Part shown: piece by piece, positions 1 to 10,459 of the stretch
Layout: each line of letters begins with the position of its first letter
Numbering within the stretch: the first letter of the stretch is position 1
Assembly (NCBI GenBank): GCA_036278835.1
Contig: DASUKH010000133.1
Location: forward strand, 3,273-67,272
Source: Stellaceae bacterium
GTDB lineage: Bacteria; Pseudomonadota; Alphaproteobacteria; ATCC43930; CGMCC-115725
Direction of reading: 5' to 3'
DNA: 64,000 nucleotides
Notes under the pieces: model-generated
Database searches by the model: none
What the model was told of the DNA's origin: nothing
Seen by the model: only the letters and a program-made list of their open reading frames with translations
Made by a program: the position numbers and the translations under genes

Positions 1-598
1 CCATCCGATAGATCTGCGACTCTGACAGTGCCTTCAGGATGCGCTCGTCGAGCGCCCGGGCCGAGGCGAGATCATGGCCGAACGGCTTCTCGATGATGAC
101 CCGCCGCCAGACTCCGTCCGCCTCTTCGGCAAGCCCCGAGGCGGCAATCTGCTCGACAATTGGCCCGAACAGCGAGCTGGCAACCGCCAGGTAAAAAAGC
201 ACGTTGCCGCCGGTGCCATGATCGCGCGCGACCTGCTTGAGGCGCTTTTTAAGCTCCTCGTATACGTCGGGGCTGGTGGCATCGCCGTCGAGATGGCTCA
301 TGCGCGAGGCGATAAAATCCCAGGTGTCGGGGTCGAACTCCACGGCGGCGCCGCCGCCGCCGGTATCCGACACAAAACTGCGCACCCCTTCGGCGAGATG
401 GGTGCGGAAATCCTCCTCCGACCACGCCGAGCGGTCGATGCCGATGACGGCGAACTCCTCCGGCAGCCGGCGGGCCCGCGCCAGATTGTAGAGCGCCGGC
501 ATCAGGAGGCGCTTGGTCAGGTCGCCGCTGGCACCGAAGATCACCATCGCGCAGGGCGGCGCGCGATGGCTGCGCGGCCCCGGTATTGTCCTGTTCAT
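1..598 (-). CDS. zwf: glucose-6-phosphate 1-dehydrogenase, N-terminal part (gene runs off the window start)
   Basis: Reverse translation from the ATG at 598-596 gives MNRTIPGPRSHRAPPCAMVIFGASGDLTKRLLMPALYNLARARRLPEEFAVIGIDRS. GASGDLTKR is the G6PD NADP-binding motif. Absent from the ORF track because it is open at the window edge. Lies downstream of gnd and tal-pgi on the same strand. Confidence 0.85.
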   Translation of the reverse strand, partial: MNRTIPGPRSHRAPPCAMVIFGASGDLTKRLLMPALYNLARARRLPEEFAVIGIDRSAWSEEDFRTHLAEGVRSFVSDTGGGGAAVEFDPDTWDFIASRMSHLDGDATSPDVYEELKKRLKQVARDHGTGGNVLFYLAVASSLFGPIVEQIAASGLAEEADGVWRRVIIEKPFGHDLASARALDERILKALSESQIYRM

Positions 599-645
599 CG
601 CCCCCCGGTGTCCTGACCGATAAATTCCCCCGCTCTCCCCCCGAG

Positions 646-729
646 CCGCATCCCCGGCGAAAGCCGGGACTCACGTCTCCACAGCCGGAATGCCGCCGAG
701 GTGGGCCCCGGCTTTCGCCGGGGATGCGG
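646..729. repeat. palindromic element: perfect 23-bp inverted repeat CCGCATCCCCGGCGAAAGCCGGG (646-668) / CCCGGCTTTCGCCGGGGATGCGG (707-729) around a 38-bp loop
   Basis: Arms verified as exact reverse complements. Each arm also holds an inner hairpin CCCGGC-GAAA-GCCGGG. Same family as 1783-1806, 30182-30262, 30524-30651 and 40107-40185. Sits between gnd and zwf. Confidence 0.9.
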
Positions 730-765
730 CCGGAGGATCGGACAGGAGAGCTTCCGGCCCACTGC

Positions 766-1746
766 CTAGGCTTTCGGCGGTTCGCGGTGGCCGCCGAACT
801 GCTTGCGCATCGCCGACAGGATTTTTTCGGCGAAGGTATGGTCCTGGCGCGAGCGAAAACGAGCGTAGAGCGCGGCCGACAACACCTCGGCCGGCACCGC
901 CTCCTCGATCGCCGATTGGATCGTCCAGCGCCCTTCCCCCGAATCCTCGACATAGCCCGAAAATGCCTTCAGCTCGGGGTCCTCGGCCAGCGCGATCGCG
1001 GTCAGGTCGAGCAGCCACGAGGCGACGACGCTGCCGCGCCGCCACACCTCGGCGATGTCGGGAAGGTTGAGCTGGTAGCGGCGGTTCTCCGGCACCGCCT
1101 CGGACGCGACATTGCGCAGGATGTCGAAGCCTTCGGCATAGGCCTGCATGACCCCGTATTCGATGCCGTTATGTACCATCTTGACGAAATGCCCGGCGCC
1201 GGCCGGCCCGCAATATAGATAGCCTTGCTCGACCCGCTTATCGCGACCTTCGCGGCCCGGCGTCCGCTCGATCGTGCCGAGGCCGGGCGCCAGCGCGGCG
1301 AAGATCGGATCGAGATGCTCGAAGGCCTCCTTGTCACCGCCGATCATCATGCAATAGCCGCGCTCAAGCCCCCAAACCCCGCCGCTGGTGCCGACATCGA
1401 GATAGCGCACGCCCTTCTGCGCCAGGAGTTCGGCATGCGCGACATCGTCGTGAAAGAACGAGTTGCCGCCGTCGATCAGGATGTCGCCCGGCTCCAGCAA
1501 TTGCGACAGCTCGACGATGGTGCCGTGGGTGATCGCGCCGGCCGGCAGCATGACCCAGACGGCGCGCGGCTTCGCGAGCTGGCGCACGAAATCGGCGAGG
1601 CCCTGGCTCGAGGTCGCGCCTTCGCCGGCGAGCTCCTGCACCGCCTCGGCACTCTTGTCATAGACGACGCAATCGTGCCCGGCCTGCATCAGCCGCCGCA
1701 CGATGTTGCCGCCCATTCGGCCGAGGCCGATCATCCCGAGTTGCAT
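766..1746 (-). CDS. gnd: 6-phosphogluconate dehydrogenase, short (about 326 aa) decarboxylating form
   Basis: [19 protein letters not shown] Rossmann N-terminus, [18 protein letters not shown] motifs. ATG at 1746 confirmed. Confidence 0.9.
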   Translation of the reverse strand: MQLGMIGLGRMGGNIVRRLMQAGHDCVVYDKSAEAVQELAGEGATSSQGLADFVRQLAKPRAVWVMLPAGAITHGTIVELSQLLEPGDILIDGGNSFFHDDVAHAELLAQKGVRYLDVGTSGGVWGLERGYCMMIGGDKEAFEHLDPIFAALAPGLGTIERTPGREGRDKRVEQGYLYCGPAGAGHFVKMVHNGIEYGVMQAYAEGFDILRNVASEAVPENRRYQLNLPDIAEVWRRGSVVASWLLDLTAIALAEDPELKAFSGYVEDSGEGRWTIQSAIEEAVPAEVLSAALYARFRSRQDHTFAEKILSAMRKQFGGHREPPKA

Positions 1747-1782
1747 TCATTTCCTCCTGGGGACAGCGGGTCACCCCCGTAG

Positions 1783-1806
1783 TCATCCCGGCGAAAGGTG
1801 AGGGTC
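1783..1806. repeat. half copy of the CCCGGCGAAAGCC repeat family (TCATCCCGGCGAAAGGTGAGGGTC)
   Basis: Matches the left arm of the 646-729 element. Lies in the tal-pgi/gnd junction. Confidence 0.6.
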
Positions 1807-4657
1807 AATTCAACGCCTGTTCGATCGCGCGGGCCAGCTTTTGCAGCCCGGCCCTGAGGTCGCCCGACAGGTGCACCCGCAAGGCGCGGCGACCGCGCTC
1901 GGCCAGGACATCAAAATCGCCGCGCGCCTGCGCCGCCTCGACCACGCCGAACGTATATTTCCGCCCCGGCACCGGCAGGTCGGCCGCCGGATCGGCGGTG
2001 ATCTGAAGGAAGACGCCGCTGTTCGGGCCGCCTTTGTAGGCCTGCCCGGTCGAATGCAAAAAGCGCGGACCGAACCCGAGGCAGGTCGCGGCGTGCGTCT
2101 TGTCGCGGATCGCCCGGCGCACCGCCTGCAACGCCGCGGTATGGGCCGGGTTGCGATCGATGTAGGCGAGCAGCGCGACATAATCGCCGGACCGCACCCG
2201 GCCGAGATGCGCCTTCAACGCCGCCGCCAGCGAGCCGGCATGCGGCTTCAGCTCGGCCGCGTTGCGCGGGTCGGCGTAGAGCGCCATCCCGTCGCCGGTA
2301 AAGAACGGCGCCTCCGCCGGCAATGACCCCTTCTCCTCGTAGGCGGCGGTCAATTCGCGGGTCTTGACCTTGCTCGCCTCGACATCGGGCTGGTCGAACG
2401 GGTTGATGCCAATGATCGACCCGGCGACCGCCGTCGCCATTTCCCAGCGGAAGAATTCCTGGCCGATCTGGCCGGGCTCGCCGATTGCGATGCGCACCAC
2501 CGGCTGGCCCGCCGCTTCGAGCGCCGCGACCGCGGCCTCTCGCTCGCGATCCTGGTCAGAGGCAAGCTTCAGATAAGCGAACACCCGGTCGTTGCGGTAA
2601 ACCGCCGGCGGGCCGAGCGGCTCGGCGTCGACCGGGACGATGCCGCGCCCCCGCTTGCCGGTCGATTCGGCGAGCAGCTGTTCGAGCCAGGCGCCGAGCG
2701 CGGCGACCCCGGGCGAAGCGACGATCGTCAGCTTGTCGCGCCCGTGCCGGGCCGCGGCGCCGAGGATCGCGCCGAGCTGCACCCCGGGGTTCTCGGCCGG
2801 CGGCGTGCTCTGGGCGCAGGAGCGCACCATCTCGGCGGCGCTTTCCAGAAATTTTCTTGTATCGAGGCCGATCGCCGCGGCCGGCACCATGCCGAAATCC
2901 GACAGCACCGAATACCGCCCGCCGATCGCCGGCTCGCCGTGGAAAACCCGCCCGAAGCCCTCCGAGCGCGCCATCTTCTCGACCGACGAACCGGGATCGG
3001 TAATCGCGACGAAATGCCGGGCCGCCGCCTCGGCACTGCCGAGCGCCGCCTTGGCGCGGTCGAAGAAATACTGCTTCAGGATATTGGGTTCGAGGGTGCT
3101 GCCCGACTTGCTCGATACGATGAAGAGGGTGCGCTTCAAGTCAATCTCGCCCTCGATGCGGCGCAGTTGCGCCGGGTCGGTCGTATCGACAGCACGCAAT
3201 TTCGGAAAGCCGGGATGCTGCCCGAAACTTTCGGCCAGCACCTCGGCGCCGAGGCTCGATCCGCCCATGCCGAGCAGCAGTGCGTCGGAAAACCCGGCGC
3301 CCTTCACGTCGGCGGCGAAGGCGTCGAGATGCCCCTCCGCCTTCAACTGGGCATCGACGATGGTCAGCCAACCGAGCCAGCGCCCCTCGTCATCCTCGGT
3401 CCACAGGCTCGGGTCGCCGTCCCACAAGCGGCGCACCTTGCCTTCCTTGCGCCAGTCCTCGAGCGCCGCCTTGACCTGATCGTCGAGATCGGCCGGCAGG
3501 TTCCAGCTCATTGCGTTGAGCTTGGCGCCGAGCACCATGCGGCGCTTCTTCTGCACGGCGGCATAGAGCTGGTCGGCGGCGTCGGCGAACAGCCGCACCC
3601 CGTCCTCGACCAGCCGCGCGGTGATGTCGTCGATCGAGATGCCGGACGCCGCGAGGTCCTTCATCGCCGCCTCGGCGCCCGCGACATCCTCTTCGAGGCT
3701 GGCGCGTAGCCGCCCATGGTCGCGAAACGCGTCCATCGTCGCCGGCGGGATCGTGCTGACCGTGTCCGCCCCGATCAGTTCCTCAATGTAGAGAACGTCG
3801 CTGTAGGCCTTGTTCTTGGTGCCGGTCGAGGCCCACAACAGGCGCTGCGTCTGCGCCCCGCGCTGCGCGAGGCGCTGCCAGCGTTCGTCGGCGTGAATCT
3901 GCTGGTAGAGGCGGTAGGCGAGCCTGGCGTTGGCGATCGCGATCCTGCCCTTGAGCCGGGACAGCCGTTCCTTCTCGGCCGGGTCGGGACTGGCCGCGAT
4001 CTTGCGGTCGAGCGCCTCGTCCACCAAGGTGTCGATGCGGCTGACGAAAAAGCTCGCGACGCTCGCCACCTTGTGCGGATCGCCGCCCTTGGCGACAAAA
4101 TCCTCGAGGCCGGAGATGTAAGCGTCGGCGACTTCGGCATAGACCTTCTGCGAAAACAATAGCGTGATGTTGACGTTGATGCCCTCGCCGGTCAGCGTGC
4201 GGATTGCCGACAGCCCCGGCTTCGTGCCGGGGACTTTGACCATCAGGTTGCGGCGATCGATGTTGCGCCACAGACGGCGCGCCTCCTCGACGGTCTCGTG
4301 CGTCTGCATCGCGAGATAAGGCGACACCTCGATCGAAATGTAGCCGTCGCGGCGCTGCGTCTGCTCATAGACGGCATTGAGCGCGTCGGCGCCGTCCTGG
4401 ATGTCGCGGATCGCCAGATCCTCGAACAGCGCGCCCGGATCGAGGTCGCCACGGCCCTCGGCGGCGGCGATCAACGCGTCATAAGCGTCGCCATGGCCGA
4501 TCGCCTTCTCGAAGATCGACGGGTTCGAGGTGACCCCGCGCAGCCCGTCCTCGACAATCAGCCGGGCAAGCCCGCCGCTCGTCAACAGGTCGCGGCTGAC
4601 AAAGTCGAGCCACACCGATTGCCCGTATTCCTGAAGCTGTTTCAGCGGATTGGTCAT
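1805..4657 (-). CDS. bifunctional transaldolase / glucose-6-phosphate isomerase
   Basis: MTNPLKQLQEYGQSVWLDF transaldolase N-terminus and a C-terminal PGI-like half (LLLGMGGSSLGAEV, FIVSSKSGSTLEP). The ORF track starts at a TTG at 4738; I prefer the ATG at 4657 preceded by GAAAGGTGG. Confidence 0.9.
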   Translation of the reverse strand: MTNPLKQLQEYGQSVWLDFVSRDLLTSGGLARLIVEDGLRGVTSNPSIFEKAIGHGDAYDALIAAAEGRGDLDPGALFEDLAIRDIQDGADALNAVYEQTQRRDGYISIEVSPYLAMQTHETVEEARRLWRNIDRRNLMVKVPGTKPGLSAIRTLTGEGINVNITLLFSQKVYAEVADAYISGLEDFVAKGGDPHKVASVASFFVSRIDTLVDEALDRKIAASPDPAEKERLSRLKGRIAIANARLAYRLYQQIHADERWQRLAQRGAQTQRLLWASTGTKNKAYSDVLYIEELIGADTVSTIPPATMDAFRDHGRLRASLEEDVAGAEAAMKDLAASGISIDDITARLVEDGVRLFADAADQLYAAVQKKRRMVLGAKLNAMSWNLPADLDDQVKAALEDWRKEGKVRRLWDGDPSLWTEDDEGRWLGWLTIVDAQLKAEGHLDAFAADVKGAGFSDALLLGMGGSSLGAEVLAESFGQHPGFPKLRAVDTTDPAQLRRIEGEIDLKRTLFIVSSKSGSTLEPNILKQYFFDRAKAALGSAEAAARHFVAITDPGSSVEKMARSEGFGRVFHGEPAIGGRYSVLSDFGMVPAAAIGLDTRKFLESAAEMVRSCAQSTPPAENPGVQLGAILGAAARHGRDKLTIVASPGVAALGAWLEQLLAESTGKRGRGIVPVDAEPLGPPAVYRNDRVFAYLKLASDQDREREAAVAALEAAGQPVVRIAIGEPGQIGQEFFRWEMATAVAGSIIGINPFDQPDVEASKVKTRELTAAYEEKGSLPAEAPFFTGDGMALYADPRNAAELKPHAGSLAAALKAHLGRVRSGDYVALLAYIDRNPAHTAALQAVRRAIRDKTHAATCLGFGPRFLHSTGQAYKGGPNSGVFLQITADPAADLPVPGRKYTFGVVEAAQARGDFDVLAERGRRALRVHLSGDLRAGLQKLARAIEQALN

Positions 4658-4796
4658 GCGCCACCTTTCTGCCGATCGGGCCGCCGTCGGGCGAGGCTGG
4701 CCGAAAACAATCGTCTTCTGCGAAACCGACGGCCGCAATCATCACGTCGTGATTTTGGCGCCCCGTTCAACGACCCAAAGATCGCCAATTTCAACG

Positions 4797-5402
4797 TCAC
4801 GGGCCGGCGATGGTGCCCGTCGGGTCTAGCGCGGCGACGATCTGTCGGACAATCCGATCGACCGGCGCCGCCACCGAGACGGCTATTGGATGCTCGTCCG
4901 GCCCCGGCGGTTCCAGGGCGGCGAACTGACTCTCGAGCAGGCTTGCCGGCATGAAATGGCCGGTGCGGCCGGCCAGCCGCTCCGCAAGCAGTTCCGGCGT
5001 CCCGTACAGAAAGACGAGCCGCACCTCCGGCCGGTCGCCGACAATGACCTCTCGGTAGCGCCGCTTCAACGCCGAGCAGGTGATGACGGCGCTTTCGCCG
5101 GCCCCGCGCCAACGGTCGATCCGCGCCGCGACGGCGGCGAGCCAGGGCGCGCGATCCTGATCGTCGAGCGGGTGGCCGGACCGCATCTTGGCGACGTTTT
5201 CCGGCGGGTGCAGCCGGTCGCCATCTTCGAAGGCGCAGCCGAGCTGCGCCGCCAGCGCCGTCCCGACGGTGCTTTTGCCCGACCCCGAGACTCCCATAAC
5301 GACGATGATGCACGCCCGGTCGCGCCGCACGGCCAACCCCTTTCCCGACGATCCGGCCGATCGGCAGCCAAGCCGTTGACGCGCATTGTGTCGCGCCGGC
5401 AT
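4797..5402 (-). CDS. gntK: gluconokinase
   Basis: VVMGVSGSGKSTVG P-loop, then FEDGDRLHPPENVAKMRSGHPLDDQDRAPWL, typical of GntK. A GTG at 5330 preceded by GAAAGGGG is a plausible shorter start. Confidence 0.85.
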   Translation of the reverse strand: MPARHNARQRLGCRSAGSSGKGLAVRRDRACIIVVMGVSGSGKSTVGTALAAQLGCAFEDGDRLHPPENVAKMRSGHPLDDQDRAPWLAAVAARIDRWRGAGESAVITCSALKRRYREVIVGDRPEVRLVFLYGTPELLAERLAGRTGHFMPASLLESQFAALEPPGPDEHPIAVSVAAPVDRIVRQIVAALDPTGTIAGP

Positions 5403-5423
5403 CGCCCGCGCAACGGGCGCGGC

Positions 5424-6596
5424 TCACCCGCGCTTCGGAACACGCGCGATCGCCAGCACCGCGAAGAGGCAGAGGCTCAGGGTCGCGAGCCACCACTCCT
5501 CCCAGATGCCCCAGCCGGACATCGCGATGACCAGCGCGGCGGTCAGGCTGCCGCCGGCCGCCGCGGCATAAGGCGGCGGCCACGCCGCCGCGCCGAGGCG
5601 GCGCCATAACAGCCCGACGAGCAGCGCGAACAGCGCTGCGCCCGGCGCGCCCAATTCGAGCCACACCTGCAGCGCGGCATCGTGCGGATGAAGCGGTAGC
5701 CATTGCTGGCCCGGTCGGATCTCGACCTTGCCGCCGGGGATCAGCCGCGACGAATCGAGACCCCAGCCGGCGAACGGCCGCTCAACGATCCGCTCGCCGG
5801 CGAACGACCAGATCAGCAGGCGGTGCCCGGCCGATTTTTTGAAGCCATCGACCCGCGCGAACACGGCAGGCGAATGCGCCGGCATCGGCAGGGTCAGCGG
5901 CGCCGTCAGGATGCCGATCACGGCGATCGCGGCGATGATCCGCGCCGTCGCCGGGGGCCGCCACCAGACAAGCGCCGCGATCGGCAGGCTCGCCGCCAGC
6001 GCGAGCTTCGCCGTGGTATCGTCGAGCATGCCGACACACGCCGCCATCGCGGCGCCGGCAAGCAGCGCCAACCGAGGCCGCCCGCGGCAGAACAGCAGGG
6101 CCGCCAGCGGCAACGTCGTCAGCGCGAGGCAGGCGGAAAGCTGGTTGAGCCGGGTCTCGGCAAACGGCCGCACCGTCACCAGCCGGCTCAGCGCCCCGCC
6201 GCTCAGGAGATCGAAGAAGGCGAGCGCGACGGCGACCGCGATGCCCGCGGCAAGACACCACGCGAGCCGGCGCGGCGCCCTTATACAGATGCCGGCGCCT
6301 GCCAGCGCGAGGGCGGCGGCGAACAGCCCGGCGAGGCGCAGCGCCATGATGCCGCTGCGGTCGGGGCCGATCGACCACGCCGCCGACAGCGCGCCCCATG
6401 CCAGGATGCCGCCGAGCAGGACGGCCGGCGCCCGCAATCCGGCGAGGCGGCCCGCCGTGCGATCGGCCGCGATGAGGCCGGCCGCGCACAATCCGGCAAC
6501 GGCGTCGAGCGGCGCTGCGCCGCGCGGCACCAGCGCCAATACCGGCGGCAACAGAAACAGCGCGAGATCGAGACCGCCCTCGCACCAGCCGCGCAT
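5424..6596 (-). CDS. O-antigen ligase (Wzy_C)-like polytopic membrane protein
   Basis: Many hydrophobic segments plus a loop region (HRLLIWSFAGERIVERPFAGWGLDSS, LPLHPHDAALQVWLELG) typical of the O-antigen ligase family. Start moved to the ATG at 6596; the 570-aa track ORF extends over the opposite strand of rpsD. Confidence 0.6.
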   Translation of the reverse strand: MRGWCEGGLDLALFLLPPVLALVPRGAAPLDAVAGLCAAGLIAADRTAGRLAGLRAPAVLLGGILAWGALSAAWSIGPDRSGIMALRLAGLFAAALALAGAGICIRAPRRLAWCLAAGIAVAVALAFFDLLSGGALSRLVTVRPFAETRLNQLSACLALTTLPLAALLFCRGRPRLALLAGAAMAACVGMLDDTTAKLALAASLPIAALVWWRPPATARIIAAIAVIGILTAPLTLPMPAHSPAVFARVDGFKKSAGHRLLIWSFAGERIVERPFAGWGLDSSRLIPGGKVEIRPGQQWLPLHPHDAALQVWLELGAPGAALFALLVGLLWRRLGAAAWPPPYAAAAGGSLTAALVIAMSGWGIWEEWWLATLSLCLFAVLAIARVPKRG

Positions 6597-6779
6597 CGCG
6601 GTGCGCCACGGCAGGCCCGGAGCATGGCCAAGGGAACCGCCGATCGGGCGGTTTGACTTCGCCGGCACGCCGATTATAGTGCACCCCCTTCCCAGAAACG
6701 AGGGCGAGACGCCCCGGCCGATGCGCTTAACGCGACGGCCCTGCTGGGACAACAACAAGCTAAACCGGATCGGACTGGC

Positions 6780-7394
6780 ATGAGCAAGCGTGAGGAATCG
6801 AAATACAAGATCAACCGCCGTCTCGGCGTCAATCTGTGGGGCCGGGCCAAGAGCCCGCTCAACCGGCGCGAATACGGCCCGGGCCAGCACGGGCAGCGGC
6901 GCAAGAAGCCGTCCGATTACGGCACGCAATTGTCGGCCAAGCAGAAGCTCAAGGGCTATTACGCGAATATCGGCGAGCGCCAGTTCCGTCGGCTCTACGA
7001 GGAGGCGGTGCGGCGGCGCGGCGACACCGGCGAAAACCTGATCGAGCTGTTGGAGCGCCGGCTCGACTCGACCGTCTATCGCATGAAGCTCGCGCCGACG
7101 CCGTTCGCGGCCCGCCAGCTGGTGAACCACGGGCACGTGCTGGTCAACGGGAGGCGGGTCAACATCCCGTCCTGTCAGCTGCGCGACGGCGACACGATCG
7201 AGTTAAAGCAGCGCGCCAGGGAGATGGTGCTGGTGCTGGAGGCGTCGCGTTCGAGCGAGCGCGATGTGCCCGACTACGTCGAGATCGACCACGAGCGCAT
7301 GCGCGGGCGCTTTGTCCGGGCGCCAAAGCTCGCCGATGTCCCCTACCCGGTGACGATGGAGCCGAACCTCGTCATCGAATATTATTCGCGCTGA
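6780..7394 (+). CDS. rpsD: 30S ribosomal protein S4
   Basis: [62 protein letters not shown] (S4 domain). Confidence 0.97.
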   Translation: MSKREESKYKINRRLGVNLWGRAKSPLNRREYGPGQHGQRRKKPSDYGTQLSAKQKLKGYYANIGERQFRRLYEEAVRRRGDTGENLIELLERRLDSTVYRMKLAPTPFAARQLVNHGHVLVNGRRVNIPSCQLRDGDTIELKQRAREMVLVLEASRSSERDVPDYVEIDHERMRGRFVRAPKLADVPYPVTMEPNLVIEYYSR

Positions 7395-7606
7395 CCGGCA
7401 GCCGGCGCGACATCGGCCGCAGTGTTACTCTCTGCCTGATTGCCGGCGGCGCAGCGAAGGGCGGCGGCGCCCCGTTGAATCTTCCGTAACCCGATGATCT
7501 CGCGATCGCCGCCCGGGAGCGGGCTGCGTCCGGGAGCTGACGTGGACTCTGCCTGTCCCTGTTTCAGGCCGCCCGCGATGGCGGCCAGCGCCATGCGGGG
7601 CATGCC

Positions 7607-8917
7607 ATGCTGATTCTGCCCGTCTTTATCGTGCTGCTGCTGATCCTGGTGAACGGCTTTTTCGCCATGGCGGAGATTGCGCTGGTATCGGCACGGCGGG
7701 CGCGACTGCAGCCGCTCGCGGCCGACGGCAATACCGGGGCCGAAGCGGCGCTCGAATTGAAAAGCGACCCCTCGCGCCTGCTCGCAACGGTGCAGATCGG
7801 CATCACGATCATCGCCGTCCTGTCGGGCACGTTCGGCGAGGCGACGCTGGGCGCAGGTTTGCAGGCCCATCTCGAAGCGCAGGGCGGCGCGATCGCCCAG
7901 TATGCCCACGCGATCAGCATGGCCGTGGTGGTGATCGGCATCTCGTATTTCTCGCTGATCCTCGGCGAACTGGCGCCGAAGCGGATCGCGCTTGCCCATC
8001 CCGAACGCATCGCCGCATCCCTCGCGAGGTTCATGCGCGGGCTGTCGGTCGCGGCGGCGCCGATCGAATGGCTGCTCAGCGCCACCACCGATCTCATCTT
8101 GCGCCTGCTGCCGGTCCGCGGCGAGCCGCCGGGGGTGACCGACGAGGAGATCGCGTTCATGCTGCGCGAAGGGGTGGCGGCCGGGCACATCCCGGTTGGC
8201 GAGGAGGCGATCGTCGAGATGGCCCTGCGGCTCGGCGACCGCCGGGTTAGCGCAGTGATGACGCCGCGCACGCAGATCGAGTTTCTTGATCTCTCGGACA
8301 CGGAAGACGAATCGCGCCGGCGCATTCGCGACAGCGATTTTTCCCGGTTCCCGGTCAGTCAGGGCGGCGAGCACCAGCTGGCCGGCATCGTCCAGGTCAG
8401 GGACCTGCTGGCGGCCTCGCTGTCGGGCCAGCCGTTCAATTTACGGGCCGCCCTGCGCCCGCCGGTTTTCCTGCCGAACACGGTGACCGTGCTGCGCGCC
8501 CTCGAATTGTTCAAGACGACCGGCGAGCCGATGGCGCTGGTGGTCGACGAGTACGGCGAACTCGAAGGCCTCGTCACGATCACCGACATCCTCGAGGCGT
8601 TGGTCGGCGACATCCCGGAGATCGGCCAGACCGACCAGCGCGTCGTCCGCCGCGAGGATGGCACGTGGCTGATCGACGGCATGGTGCCGCTCGACGAATT
8701 GAAGCAGGTACTCGGGGTCGCGCACCTGCCCGGCGAAGACCCTGAGTTCCATACGCTCGGCGGCTACATGATGGCGCGGCTCAACCGGGTGCCGCTGGTC
8801 GCCGACCGGGTGACCGGTGGCGGTTTCCGCTTCGAGGTCGTCGATATGGATGGCCGCCGGGTGGACCGCGTGCTGATCGTGCCGCTCAAGGGCAAGGAAC
8901 GCCCCCGGCAGCGGTGA
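7607..8917 (+). CDS. hemolysin/CNNM family protein (DUF21 membrane domain, CBS pair, CorC_HlyC)
   Basis: N-terminal TM region with GELAPKR, a CBS-pair region, and C-terminal GGYMMARLNRVPLVADRV..GFRFEVVDMDGRRVDRVLI. Confidence 0.85.
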   Translation: MLILPVFIVLLLILVNGFFAMAEIALVSARRARLQPLAADGNTGAEAALELKSDPSRLLATVQIGITIIAVLSGTFGEATLGAGLQAHLEAQGGAIAQYAHAISMAVVVIGISYFSLILGELAPKRIALAHPERIAASLARFMRGLSVAAAPIEWLLSATTDLILRLLPVRGEPPGVTDEEIAFMLREGVAAGHIPVGEEAIVEMALRLGDRRVSAVMTPRTQIEFLDLSDTEDESRRRIRDSDFSRFPVSQGGEHQLAGIVQVRDLLAASLSGQPFNLRAALRPPVFLPNTVTVLRALELFKTTGEPMALVVDEYGELEGLVTITDILEALVGDIPEIGQTDQRVVRREDGTWLIDGMVPLDELKQVLGVAHLPGEDPEFHTLGGYMMARLNRVPLVADRVTGGGFRFEVVDMDGRRVDRVLIVPLKGKERPRQR

Positions 8918-8974
8918 ATTGACGGGCTCTCCCGGCGGAGCGGAGCCCATTAATGCTCGGGAGATCGCCGACGC

Positions 8975-10084
8975 TCAGCTCAGCACCCCGAGCTTCTTCC
9001 GCTCGATCAGGTCGAAATCGATGTTGGCGCCGAGGCCGGGCCCGGTCGGGGCGTGCACGTACCCCTCGCGGTCCACCGCGATGTCCTCGGCTAGGCCGTA
9101 TTTCTGCATCGCATCGGGCAGCAGAACCTCGAAGAACTCGGTGTTGCGAATCGCCATGATGACATGCAGGTTGGCGAAATTGTTGAGCGAGTTGCCGCCG
9201 TGGTGCACCTCGAAATTCATGCGGAAGGCTTCCGCCAGGTGCGCGGTTTTGACGAGCGTCGTGATACCGCCCTTGACCGCGACATCGCCGCGCAACATGT
9301 CGGTCGCCCGCTCGGTGATCCACGGGATATACGAATCGAGGCCGGCGATCGGGTATTCGGTGGCGAGGATCGGGATGTCGAGCTTCTGGCGCAGCTTGAC
9401 GTAGTTGTAGATGTCCTGGTCGTGCAGCGGGTCCTCGTACCAGTAGAACCCCAACGCCTCGATCGCCCGGCCGACCCGAAGCGCCTCCTCGTAGCGATAG
9501 CTCCAGGTCGAGTCGAGCATCACCCGGTAGTCGTCGCCGACCGCCTTGCGCACCGCCTCGCAGACCTTGATGTCCTCCTGCCAGCGCTGCGGCGGGTGAA
9601 TCTTGTAAGCATGCCAGCCGGTCGATTTGTAATGCTGCGCCTGCTCGGCATAGGCCTCGCGCACGCCGTGGATCTCGGAGCTGGCATAGGCGCCGATTTT
9701 GTCGCGGCAGGTCCCGATCAGCCGGTGGATCGGCAGCCCTGCCTTCTTGCCGGCGATGTCCCACAGCGCGATGTCCATCGCGCCGATCGCGCGGATCGTC
9801 GCCTGGCGGACCCGCCCCCATAACAGCCGGTTGAGGCGTTCGCGGTCGAGCGGGTTTTGGCCCATCACCAGCGGCTTCAGAAAGCGAATCAGCATCGGCC
9901 CGTCGAGGCTCGCCGGGTTCGACGAGGTGCCGAGAAAGGCGTGCCCCTCGATCCCCTCGTCGGTGGCGATGCGCAGCAGGCCAAGATCGCTCTTGCCGGT
10001 CGGCCGCGCAGTGTGATGGCCGTAGATCGTCGACGGGATGCTCTCCCAGCCGAACAGGGTGAGAGTGACGTCGGTAATCTTCAT
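8975..10084 (-). CDS. enolase-superfamily enzyme (mandelate racemase / muconate lactonizing family, probable acid-sugar dehydratase)
   Basis: MKITDVTLTLF start (ATG at 10084 confirmed), AMDIALWDIAGK, MLDSTWSY, FYWYEDP motifs. The upstream 94 codons of the track ORF are Arg/Ala-rich noise. Confidence 0.8.
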   Translation of the reverse strand: MKITDVTLTLFGWESIPSTIYGHHTARPTGKSDLGLLRIATDEGIEGHAFLGTSSNPASLDGPMLIRFLKPLVMGQNPLDRERLNRLLWGRVRQATIRAIGAMDIALWDIAGKKAGLPIHRLIGTCRDKIGAYASSEIHGVREAYAEQAQHYKSTGWHAYKIHPPQRWQEDIKVCEAVRKAVGDDYRVMLDSTWSYRYEEALRVGRAIEALGFYWYEDPLHDQDIYNYVKLRQKLDIPILATEYPIAGLDSYIPWITERATDMLRGDVAVKGGITTLVKTAHLAEAFRMNFEVHHGGNSLNNFANLHVIMAIRNTEFFEVLLPDAMQKYGLAEDIAVDREGYVHAPTGPGLGANIDFDLIERKKLGVLS

Positions 10085-10459
10085 GGCCGGCTCCGGGGTT
10101 CTAAACGACGCGCTGTTCATAGCCCATTTCCGAGACTCGCGCCGGTTTGCGGGATAAACACCGGCCGGCGGTCGATCGGGCGAACGCGCTGACAGCGCCC
10201 GTCGCCGATGCCGCGGACCACCGGCGGTTGCGGCTGCGGCGGTTGAATTCGACAGCGGTCTCCGATAACCTCCGCGTCGTGCGGGGCGTGATTTAATCTC
10301 ATCTGACATTGCCGATGCGGAGCCGGTCGCGCACCCGCGGCTTGGCGGCGGCTCGCCTCTTTGCAACCGGCTTGAGTGGAACTCGGGTGGCGATGACGCG
10401 GTGGGGGTTGATGAGCATTGCCGAGCGAACAGCGCGGACGAACGCTTGCGGCCGGCCTT

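Noticed and set aside
6597-7136. N-terminal 180 codons of ORF 5424..7136, which would overlap rpsD on the opposite strand.
   Set aside because: The sequence is non-membrane and Arg/Leu-rich, and it overlaps a certain ribosomal protein gene. The membrane protein plausibly starts at the ATG at 6596.
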